A stretch of DNA of 63,963 nt, filler included, from Peribolospora baueri (lineage: Eukaryota), in assembly GCA_029717555.1 (NCBI GenBank). It is 3 parts of 3 records of this genome, joined end to end, with 100 filler letters (N's around TTAATTAATTAA, not from the genome) between each part and the next. Parts side by side here need not be neighbours in the genome. Positions count along the whole stretch, not along the records: positions 1 to 29,908 come from JAMDHS010000140.1; 2 more parts are not named here. The stretch is one strand, 5' to 3'. Under the pieces are notes generated by a model. It was given only the letters and a program-made list of their open reading frames with translations. It was not told the DNA's origin and did no database searches. Position numbers and translations under genes: made by a program. This document shows, one piece after another, positions 1-10,935 of the stretch; within the stretch, counting starts at the first letter, position 1, and each line of letters begins with the position of its first letter.

Positions 1-539
1 GCGAGCCAAACGTTGCCGTAGATGATGTGCCGAAGCGACTCCTTGTATGGGCGCTCGAGGCTCTCTCGGAATAGACGGCTCACGTCGTCCTCCCTGCCCA
101 AGGATGCCACAGTGCGGATGGAGGAAACCCTCATCGCAGGTCTGGCCGGATGTTGTGGATCTGCGTCGGGGAGGAAGGCGGAATCGAGTCTTGCACCTAC
201 CCTCACCGATGTTGTCGCGCGACCTGAGACTGAGACCAACCCCAGCACTGCAATCGTACGGCTGTTCATGCTCACCGATCCTGTCTTTTCTGCCTTTTGT
301 CTCACCTTCCCGTCCCTTGACGTTGTCGACCGACACCACCTACACTGGGGTCGCCTGGCAGCACGCGAGGCCAGCGCTCGCCAGCAAGATATATAGCTCT
401 TCCTCGCCGAGCGCTCTGGCTGACTTCCACCATCTCTTTAGCTGACGAACTTCGACACCGACAAGAGCATCGACAACACCTTGTCCATGGACGAACCTCT
501 CACTCTTTTCGCTCTCCCCTATCCCGGAAACTCGCAACA

Positions 540-1142
540 ATGATCATGCGGTGCACGGCCTTCTTCGTCGCTCTTCCGCTTGCCATTGCCTCCGCGAGCG
601 CCACGCCCGTGAAGGGCCCTGCAGAGCGAGGTGATGACAGCGCCCTTGTGCGGCGCAGCTGGGCCTTGGGCGACGCCGGTTCGGGCTCGGATGGCCTTGA
701 CGTCTCCAAGCGGCAGGAAGAGTTCCGCCACGGCTTCTGTCCTCATGGCTTCTACAAGCGGGAGGACGAGGCTCCCACCGCCGTCGAGCGTGGTGGCGGC
801 TTTGATGGCTTCGGCTTTGGCAAAGGTTTCGGCTTCGGCGATGGCTTCTACAAGCGCGACGCCGAAGTCGAGGAGAATGCCAAACGTGGCGATGGCTTGG
901 GCTTCGGCTTCGGCAAAGGTTTCGACGGCTTCCGCGACGGCTTCCATCGTGGCTTCTACAAGCGGGAGGAGGAGGCACCCAACGCCGTCGAGCGTGATGG
1001 CGGATTCGATGGAGGCTTTGATGGCTTCCGCCACGGCTTCCGTCCTCTGGCTTCGACAAGCGGGAGGACGAGGCTCCTAACGCATGATCTGACGAGGAGG
1101 CGTCCCAGAAAAGAATACTATTACAGAATATTAGTGATGTAA
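540..1142 (+). CDS. Secreted Kex2-processed repeat protein (KEP), Gly/Phe-rich peptide precursor; last repeat frameshifted
   Basis: Hydrophobic signal peptide (MIMRCTAFFVALPLAIASASA). Repeated GF-rich cores end in GFY-KR and are separated by acidic spacers (EDEAPTAVER, DAEVEENAKR, EEEAPNAVER). TATA-like GATATATAG at about 388. Confidence 0.8.
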   Translation: MIMRCTAFFVALPLAIASASATPVKGPAERGDDSALVRRSWALGDAGSGSDGLDVSKRQEEFRHGFCPHGFYKREDEAPTAVERGGGFDGFGFGKGFGFGDGFYKRDAEVEENAKRGDGLGFGFGKGFDGFRDGFHRGFYKREEEAPNAVERDGGFDGGFDGFRHGFRPLASTSGRTRLLTHDLTRRRPRKEYYYRILVM

Positions 1143-2351
1143 CACGTCCTAAATTCTAAAAAGTAATAAAAATAATCCGAGGAATATGTGAAGAGGGGGT
1201 GTGTGAGTAACGACGATGCGACCGACCATGTTGTAGGCCACCTCGTGCATGAAATGAATCTGTCGAAAACGGTTTATGTGTCTGCCTATCGCTCATCCCA
1301 GGTCGTTCTTCGCGGCGCATCGAATGGCGATGAGATGATGCCAAGTGTGCTGTCGGCGATTCCGAGGCTGCACAGCACCGTCGTCTCTGTACCGCCGTGA
1401 CGAGCTTGCCCGAGCGGTGATGGCGGTGGAGAAGAAAAATGGGGGTCTACCACCACCTTGACGCCCTTTCTTCTTTTCTATTCGCCGCACTCGACTCGGG
1501 TACTCGAACGCGCGCGCCCCGCCGCAGCTGCAGCCGCAGCTGCAGCCGCAGCCGCAGCCGCGCGTTTGGCCGAGCCAAGCACGTCGGTCGAGTCGCCTCG
1601 CCGACGGACGACTCGCCGACGACGCTTTCGCCTTTCTCTTTCGCTTTCGCTTTTACTTTTCCACATCGCCGCCCTTTCTCTTTCTTTCTCCGTCCATCTC
1701 CATCTCCATCTCCATCTCCATCTCCATCCATCGCCATCGATCGCCCTTCTCCCTTCTTCCTTCCACCCCCACCCTTGTCTCATTTCACCTCATCATCTCA
1801 CCTCATCTCATCTCCCGTCTCTCCCTCCCCCTCCATCTTGCTTGCCCGCTTCCCTTCCCCTTCCCCTTTTGCCTTGCTTGCTCTTTCCCTTTCCCTTTCC
1901 CTTTCCCTTCCCCATCCCCATCCCCCTTTTTCCACTCTTCACCATCCCCTTCTCGCTCGAGCTCCCCCAGGCGGGGTCTCGACCACCGAACCGACTCCGT
2001 TCACGTCTTTCCTCTTCTACCCCCCGCACTCGGCCTCCGCCAGCCGGCCAAACGATACGATACGATCCGATCCGGGTCGACCCGCTCGAGACAGAGACAG
2101 ACTGACGACGACGCGGCTGGCAGTCATCATCATCCTCTAGACGCGCCCTGAGTCCGGCGTAGGCGTAGCACAAGCTATCTCGTATACCATCCTCAATTCA
2201 CACCATCCGCACAGTTCAGTTCACCCCTCTGCTAGTTACTTTGGCCGGGCCTTCTCTTGCCTTCCCGTCCTTGGCGTCGCCTCGCCCCTCCAAACGGCGC
2301 TCAACGCACTCGCAATCTAATCGCTATCCCCCTTGAACCTCTCTTCCGGAC

Positions 2352-5300
2352 ATGGCTTCTCCTCGCAACTTGGCCGACGGCAGGCCAGCCGGCCCTCCTT
2401 CCGGCACCACTACCCCGCCTGTCGGCGCTGGCCTCTTTTCCAAAAGGTGAGTGAGTGAGTGAGGGAGTGAAGCCACGACGAGCCTTCTGCGCATACACGC
2501 TCTGCGTACACACAAATCCCGTCAGAGCCTGCTCAACAATTTGCTTCTCCCTCATCACTTCCCTCCAGAGCTCGCCAGATTCAGGAAGAAGAGGGCGTAA
2601 CCCCGGCGCCTTACCGCCCTCCGGCCTTGCGCGAACACGCTTCCCACCCGCCGTCGCCGTCCAGCACTCCGACGCCCCCGCTTCCTTCCGATCACCCCTC
2701 TAACGACCCGCCGCGCCTGACCAGAGGCAGGGCTCGTGCAGGGACCATGCCTTCCAACCTCGCCCTCGCCGCCCAACGTTACTCCTCCCCACTCGTCTCC
2801 ACCATCCGCGACTCCGGTTCCGAGCTCGATTCCAGCTCCGACCTGGATGCCGCCAGCAGCGCCGGCGTTGCCGACTTTCTCGGACGCTCTCGTGCTTCCT
2901 CCAACGCCTCTGCCTTTAATCCATCTCCTTACGGCGGCTTCGGCTCTTCCACTCTCGCTGGCATGCCCTCCTCCCGCCCAGGCTTGCCCCCGCCCGGTCT
3001 TGCGGGCAGTTCCATCAGCACTCGTCTCCGCTCCGGTTCGCTCAACCTGCCCGCCTCGGGCCTCTCCAACCCCTTCGGCCCGTCCATCTTTTCTTCCGGC
3101 TGGCTCGCCAACAGCGGCAGACCTAGCGCCTCCTCCAATTCCAGTCTCGCCAACCTCGCCACCATCGAGGGTTCGATCCACTCCAATGACAGCATAGGCG
3201 AGACGGACCAGCACGTCCGCACGCTAGACTACCTCGGTTTGGACGACTCGCTTTCTTCGTCCGGTTCGCTCGCCGCACAGTTTCAACAACACCAATCCAA
3301 CCCCTCTCCCGCGTCGTCCATTCCTCAGCGACTGCGCGCCAACACCCTCGCCAGCAGCGCTCGCCCTCGTCCCAGTCCGTTCAGTAGGACTAGGAGCAGT
3401 AGCTTCCTCCCTAACCCCCCGGACGAGCTCCCTGGCTATGCGGAGGGAGGTCCCACCGTTCCGGACGATATGCCTTCCAGAGCGCACAGCGGCGGTTATC
3501 GCGGCGTGCAAGGCGAGGTTAACTACGAGGCCCTCCTGGCCGCTGGCGTGGCCGGCCTGCCCTACGCCAGTACCCTCCCGCGCAGTTTCTCCCACCAGAG
3601 CCGCCTGTCGCAGCAATTGGCAGCCGCCATGGCTGTCGCCAGCGCTCCCCTCGGCACCACCCACTCCGGCACCTCTTCGCCCGGCGGAGACATCTCTGAC
3701 GCGTCGTCCGCCAACGTCGCTGCCGCCGTCGCTGCTGCCGCCGCCGCCGCGCACCGACCTCGCGCGATTAGCGTCGGCGTTCTCGAAGGCCCTCAGCAGC
3801 TTTACCTCCGTCGTGTTCAGCAACAACTCGATGCCGCCTTCGGTGTGGCACCGTCATCTGGCCTGCAGAACGAGTACGAGTATGAGTATGACGCCGATCG
3901 CTCCCTTCCTCCCTCGTCCGATCGTGACATTGGAGGGGCCAGACCAGGCCACCCAGGTCCGGCCGGTGCCACGGGCGGCAGCAGCCTTTCGCGCCCTAGG
4001 AGCGAGAAGGATCTCGCGCGTATGGCGGCTCGCATCGCCGCCGCCTCGGCCGACCCCGGCGCGCTAATGAACGGAAACGGAGGATCTGAAACAGCTCCTG
4101 CCAGCGCTGGAATCGGCGGCCTTCCTTCTTCGCACGGCGGCTACTTTTCTGGGTCGTACTCACAGCAGCAGCACCAACCGCAGGCGAGCGCGGGACCTAG
4201 GATGAACAAGACGCAATCGGCCGGCGCGGCCATGTCCGGGGTGGGCGGTGGCAGCAGCGGCGTTGGCGGTGGCGGTGGCGGCGGAGGCCAACCTCCTTCG
4301 AGGAGTCTGTGGATCGGCAACTTGGATCCCACTACCTCTGCGCAAGAACTCATGCAAGTTTTTGCTCCCTACGGCGCCATTGAGAGCCTGAGACTATTGC
4401 CGGACAAAGTAAGGAGGCAAATCGAGTCCACGCGGTTATAGCCTTTGCGACGCTCTGTTCTCTAACCGTATGTCCCTTTCTTACCTGCAGGAGTGTGGCT
4501 TCGTCAACTTTGTCGAGATGAGCGACGCCATACGTGCTCGCGACGACGTGCTCAACCGCCTGGGAGGCAAGATCAGTGCCAACGCTACGGGACCGAACGG
4601 CACCGTTCGCATCGGGTTTGGAAAGGTGGACTCGGCTCCCGTGCCTCACACGCCTGGCTCTTCGCTCGCCTATGGCGGCCCGGTTGCACAGGGTAGCCCC
4701 GCTCGCGGATTCACCTCGCCTCCGTCCAAGGGCACCGTCGGCAACGTCGGTGAAGTGGTGGGCACGCCCGGCGAGACGCCCAGTCAGCCGACTAGGGCGC
4801 TCTGGATTGGCAGCATCCCCAGCAGCACGACGCCCAGCACGCTCCTTTCCATCTTTAGTCCCTTCGGACCCATCGAGAGCGCCAGGGTGCTCACGCACAA
4901 GAACTGCGGGTTCGTCAACTTTGAGCGCGTCGACGATGCCGTGCGGGCGCGCAAGGCGCTCAATGGCCGCGATGTGCTCGGCTCAGAGGTCGGCACCGTC
5001 CGTATCGGGTTCGCAAAGGTGCCGGTCAAGGGCGCTGATTCGCCTGCGTCATCCAAGGCCGATGTTGGCAAGGTCGCCGGAGACCACCCCTCGCCGACCA
5101 GCCTGGCGGCGGCGATGGAGGCGTTGCGATCCTTGCAGGGCTCGTCGGCCGTACCCATCGATCAACAGCTGCTGAGCGGCAACGTGGAAAATTTCCGCTC
5201 CAACATGGTGATCAACCTCTTGTCGAATCAAAACGGCGGTGCGGCTGCCCCGGCTTTTGCCGCTAACGGCTTCTCACCTTCCGCCGGAGCCACGGCCGCC

Positions 5301-7217
5301 GCTCAGGCTCTCATGGCCGCCGTGGATAGCAAGAAGGGCCTGGTCGCTGTCGGCAGCGACAAAGGCGGTGTGCCTCTGCCGCCTGAGCTCGTCCCGACCG
5401 ACTCGATCTCGGATCAGCAGCTGCTCATGAAGGAGCTCAGTGAAGGAAGTCCCGATCTCGAAGCCGACGTCGAGAGCGTGGCCGAGCCGCGCCCGCCCGT
5501 CTCTTACTATACGTCGGTGCCGCTCGTGTCCGACGTGAACCAGAACCGACGGTTTGATGCGACCAAGCTCCGGGAGATGCGCAAACGGATCGATTCCGGT
5601 CAGCTCTCGCAACGCGAGGTGGACGGCCTGGCGGACGATCTGCTGGACGAGTGCACTGAGTTGTCGAGTGACTACATCGGCAACACCGTCATCCAGAAGC
5701 TGTTCGAACGCTGCTCGTCTCCGGTCAAGCTCAAGATGCTCGAACGCATCGCACCGCACCTCGCCATGATCGGTATTCACAAGAACGGGACCTGGGCAGC
5801 GCAGAAGATCATTGACTGCGCCAAGGAGCCGGACCAGATCGCACTGGTGAATCAAAACCTTCGGCCGTACGTGCCGCCGTTGCTGCTCGATCAGTTCGGC
5901 AACTATGTCGTCCAATGCGCTCTTCCATACAAGTCGCCGATCAACGATTTCATTTTCGACGCCATGGTTGACCGCACGTGGGAGATCGCCCAGGGCCGCT
6001 TCGGCGCGAGGAGCATGCGCGCCTGCCTCGAAAGCTCGCATGTCAGCAAGCGCCAACAGAAGCGGATCGCCATCTCCATCATCCTCAACTCGATCCCGCT
6101 CGCCACGAGCCCCAACGGCGCGCTCTTGCTCACCTGGCTTCTCGACACGTCCGGCCTGCCTAACCGCTACCGACTGCTTGCACCGCGCTTCGCTCCACAC
6201 CTCTCTCACCTTTGCACCCACAAGCTTGCGAGTCTGACCGTGCTGCGCATCGTCAACCAAAAGTCGGACCCCGATGCGTCCAAGATAATTCTCAAGGCTC
6301 TCTTCGACTCTCCCCAGGACTCGGTCCTTTCCGAGGTTCTCGGCGACCAGGTACACGGCATCAATCTCGTTCAAAAGATCCTCGAGCGCGCCGACCCGGC
6401 GGAAAAGCCTCGGATGGTCGAAGCTGTGAAGCGTGTGTTGACGGGAGAACTCAAAGCCACCGGCGTGCCGGCTTACCGTCGCCTTGTCGAGGAGGTCGGC
6501 CTACCGGTCACCAACCCTCCGACGATATCCGGCGGCCTTGGCGGTGGGCTCGGAGCGCCCATGCCGCCTTTCACCGGCGCCCCTAATCCGTACGGCCCTT
6601 CTCCCGACCTCGCATCGCTCATGGCCGCCATGCAGCTTCAGGCGGCCTCGGCTAACATGCTTCACCAACACCAAGCTGCGACGTCCGCCGCCGGTCACCA
6701 GGGACCGCCTCCGCCAGCGATCTCCGGTCTCCCTGGCCTTCAAGGTGGAGGTGGGCCCATGTCTCAGACGGGCGCTCCTGGCTTTGGCAGTCCGCTGCGC
6801 ATTTCCACCTCCACTTCCAACATCCCGCCGTATGCCGGGAACTTGGCGAGCCCGCAGAGCGACCCGTACAATCCGTTCATGAACCGGGGTCCGGCAAGTC
6901 CGGACGGGACGAGCTCCGTGCGAAGCCCTCAGACTCCCAGAGGTGGTGGTGGTGGTGGTGCCCTTGGGCCCGGCGGTGGAGGCGGTGGAGGCGGTGTAGG
7001 CAGGCGTCGTGGCGCCGCCGGCGCGCCCGCAAATTCCACTCCCCGCACTTTTGGAGCAGGCGGCGAGCTCGGCTCGCCACAGGCCGGCGCAGGCGCAGGC
7101 GCAGCAGCAGCGTACACGGCTGTGCCTCCGGCGTCGATGGACGCTAGCATTTATGGATCCTTCCTGCAGGGGCAGAGCCTCGGCTATCCCATCCCCGGCC
7201 AGCAGACATACCCTTAG
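2352..7217 (+). CDS. RRM + Pumilio (Puf1/Puf2/Jsn1-like) RNA-binding protein, 3 exons
   Basis: Two RRM motifs (SLWIGNL...CGFVNF; ALWIGSI...CGFVNF) and PUF repeats (SDYIGNTVIQK, HKNGTWAAQK, DQFGNYVVQC). GT-AG introns at 2447-2568 and 4409-4490 join the exons in frame from the ATG at 2352. Confidence 0.9.
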
Positions 7218-7772
7218 CTTAGCTTAGCGTTAGCGTGGCTGCGGTGCGCGCTTCTTGCTCCATTCCATGGACTAGCATCCTCCATCCCCTTTTTCCCGCG
7301 TTGGCTTGGCGTACCTACCTACCCCTCTCAAAAAGGTTTCGAGGCGTTCCGCAGCTGCGCTCGCGACGCCTCTTTGTCTTCCCCCCGCGTCCAGTCCAAA
7401 GACCTGCCGGCTTACAATGCGTCCATCCATCTAACCATCCATCATCATCGTCGTCGTCATCATCATCATCTAACGATTCCCGCCTTTATTCTCAGTTCTC
7501 GATTTCGCTCGTCTTCAAGTATTTCCGTCCACTGCCATGTCTCGCTCGCTCTCTCCTCCGGTCCGGTTCGAATATTTGTCCAGAAGCTACCTAACTTCGG
7601 TGTATGATTGCAGGGCACGGTTATCGTCGTCGCTACTGCGCTCTTTCTTCTTCCGGCTCGAAATGCCATACAAATGCCTCCCTCGAACATGATTATCCAG
7701 ATACCGAGTGTGCCGCGCCGACTGCGAAAAAAAGATAGTGTAACGGGGCGTTCAGCGCCCCTGCCCGTTCGT

Positions 7773-10234
7773 TTACGCGAGTCCTGTCCGAGACTTGAAG
7801 GTACCGCTGGCGCCGATACCTATGCCTATACCAGGCAAGGGCGGTGGACCGACGACCTTTTCCAAATCCACCTCTACACCGACCACAGCTAGGATCCTAA
7901 CATAGTCTTCCACCACACTGTCGTACGTCTCGGCTAGCTTTTGGATGCGCTCCTCTTTCGGTAACTGCGTTAGGACGTCCCTGTTGAAGCGGAAAAGACG
8001 TTCTTTGACCTGGCCCAGGCCCAAACAAACAGTGAGGAAGGAAAGAGGGATGGATGGATTAGCACGCCGATCGCCGATCGCCGATCGGAGAACAAGATCC
8101 AGGCCGAAAAGAGTCTCTTCCAGGCGAGGCGACGCCGTTTTTTTCCAGCTCACCTGCAAACGGTATGCTCGAAGCTGGCGGTCGTCGGCAGTGTCCAACC
8201 CGCGGAGAAGGAGCATTTCGATCAAGCGGTGGAATTGACGCTGCCGGAGTTTAGGTGAAAAGAACGAAACAGCAGATCAGCTGCGACTCTTTGGACGAGT
8301 GGCATCAAGACCGATTAGGGCTCTTCCTCACCGCGGCCAATTTGTATTCCTTCCTCTTCTTCTCCATCCACGTCTTGTCGACTGGCGCCCGCAAGCCGCT
8401 TTTTGTGCCCTTTTCTTCTTCTTGTTGTACGAGGCCGCCAGGGCGGAGGAGCATGGAAAGGTCGTTGACATCGCGTAGATCTTCGAAAACTTCTGAAGGG
8501 TCTTCGACGGTAAGTTCGGAAACAGAAGCTCGATTGAGGATATAGGTGAAGACGTGCCCGTATAGGGACGCTGGAGAGACGGGACGTATGCCAAAGGACC
8601 GAGGACTGGTCAGACGAGCAAAAGCGGGAGACGACCACATTGAGTCCAAAATGCGCGCTCACAGCCATGACCTTGGCGTTGATACGGGGGCAAGATGACG
8701 AATTGACTGGGAAAACACGGATTGCGCAAGTTAGCCAATCACACGCTCCTTCCGGGTTTCCCGGCGCTCGGCTCTCACCTGAGCCGCATCCGCTGTGAAT
8801 CGGGCCAGCACCAAAAGGGGAACAAACTGGTATAACCGACGAAGTGGTAGATGAAGACGGGTTCGCCGTTCGGGCCAGTCTCGGAAGTTCGTTGACGCTC
8901 GTACCTAGCGAAACGGTGGGGCAGCACAGCGGCAGAGACGGCGGTCAGTCAGACGACCCCAGAGCGTCGTTGAAAAAAAAAGCGCTTACAGAGTGACAAA
9001 TTCCCAATTCTCCTCGTCCTCTTGAATGTAGCTCGCCCCTTCGATGTAGAGCAAAGCGAAGACTGGAAGGAAGAGGCGCATGAGCACGAGCACGGAGCCA
9101 TGACGGGATGGCAAGAGGACTCACTCTGCATGCGCCGGTGGTATTCGCGGAATCCTTTGGTGTCCCATGTCGCCTTCACACGGTGAAAAAATGGAGTATG
9201 AAGTGACCGACGTCAGGCCATGGGCGAGAGACGTGATCCATCTGTGTCGCAGAATCGGTAGACGAAAACGGGATCGTACACTAACCCTATACAACTCGAA
9301 CACTCTCTCACCCTCCTCCTCTTTCAACTTTGCCGATCCATTCACCGCCCTCTCCCCCACGGCATCCTTGTTCCTCTCCCTGCCTTTGCCTTTGCCCCTT
9401 GCGGCCGCGGACGGTCGAGTGTAGGAGGCGATGCGTTCACCTATGGGACGGAATGACGCGGCGTCATCGGCGACACGGGAGGCAAAGGTCGAGGCGGATT
9501 TGGTGTAATCTGCGGACGGACGGGTACGAGGTTGGATGAGATGAGCTCTCATCTTGGATGCATTCGCAAAGCCAACGAACGACGCTTGCAAAAGACGGGA
9601 CTCACCGGGAGGAATAAACTTATAAAGCGTCCCTTCCACATCATCCACTTTTGCCGTCGTCATTTCATTCTTCGCCTTGTAAGACACGTCAACGTACTGC
9701 GCCAAGCTACCGGAGGCGAAGTATAGCTGGGAGGAGGAGCATAAAAATCGGCGCGGGGGCGGAGAAAAGGAAATGGACGTTCAAACCTGACCGACAGACG
9801 AGACGAGACAGACAAACACCTCGGAGACAACACCTGCGTCCACTCGGGGCCCCCAACCCAACCCCAAGGGCGCCAACGATATGCTCACGGCTCACCTTGA
9901 TAGACAACCCACGGTAACCGTACAAAGTTTCCGACTCTCCGAAAATGGGATACGTGAATTCGGGATGAAAAGCCCGCGTCTCCTCTCCATCCGACTCTGA
10001 CTCGTCGCCTTCCCTCCGAACTATCGTTGAACACGAGGGAGGAGGAGGGGAGAGAAGAAAGGCAAGGTAGGGCGTGTCGCGCGGGTTATGTGCATGGAGG
10101 GTTCGAAAAAGACGCGCCGCGCCGTCAGCCCAATCAATGACTTGTCCTTGCCCTTCCGAGGAAAAAAGCGACTTACCGAGCTTAATCTCCAACGCTTCGT
10201 TCGAGCTGGTCGCCCACTCTGCCGCTGCCGCCAT
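7773..10234 (-). CDS. HAT1: Histone acetyltransferase type B catalytic subunit (multi-exon)
   Basis: EWATSSNEALEI, FHPEFTYPIFGESETLYGY, FREYHRRMQ, LYIEGASYI, FVILPPYQRQGHG and ELTVEDPSEVFEDLRD motifs appear in order across exons. Confidence 0.9.
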
Positions 10235-10935
10235 GTTCCTTTTTATCGACGTACAGGAGGGGAGAAGTATGGACGTGGGGGAGAGCTACGCTACGATCGA
10301 CGCGGTCCTGGATGAAGATGGGGAAGGACCGCCGCAGCGCGTAAAGGACGGCGCGCGACGCGTCTCTCTCTCGCCACTTCGGTGGACCGATCGCAAGGAG
10401 AATAGCGGCAGAATAATGTGTGATGAGGCTGACATTGGTACTGGAGAGGTTGTAGGTTACAGTACTCGAGCGCCCGAGGAACCAAAAGACTTTGGAAGCC
10501 TTCCACGGGCTAGTAGTGACAGGGGGCGATGGGGGGAACGGAGGCCTACAAAAACAAACCATATCTGAGCTGGGGTGATGGTGTGAGTGGGGAGGGTTAC
10601 AATGTGATCAATGTGATGGTGACGGACGAAGAAGCGAATTGGAGCGAAGAGTGATACAAACGGCGGGAGAAAGCAAACGGATGCTATTGGGGAGAGGGTG
10701 AAGGGCCGCTCAAGACGGGAAGGAGATGAGCGGAGAAGGCGATACGAAGGTCGGCATCGCATGTGAAGGCGAAAGCAATGCACGACGCCAGAGCGAGAGA
10801 ATGCAAACTGGGCCAAGCGGCGGAGGGTGAGACAGACGAGCACGGGCTGGAAAAGAAAAGGATGGGATTGAAGAAAAAGGGAAGCGCCCATTCAACGAAT
10901 TCGGGAGAAACCGGCATCTAAAAAGTGGCTTGAAA

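Noticed and set aside
1..270. Minus-strand ORF running off the left edge as a KEP-tailoring enzyme
   Set aside because: No HxxHC (DUF3328) or other recognisable motif in the visible part.
1439..2140. Low-complexity ORFs upstream of the PUF gene
   Set aside because: Produced by microsatellites (GCAGCC, CCATCT, TTTCCC) in a pyrimidine-rich promoter/5' UTR.
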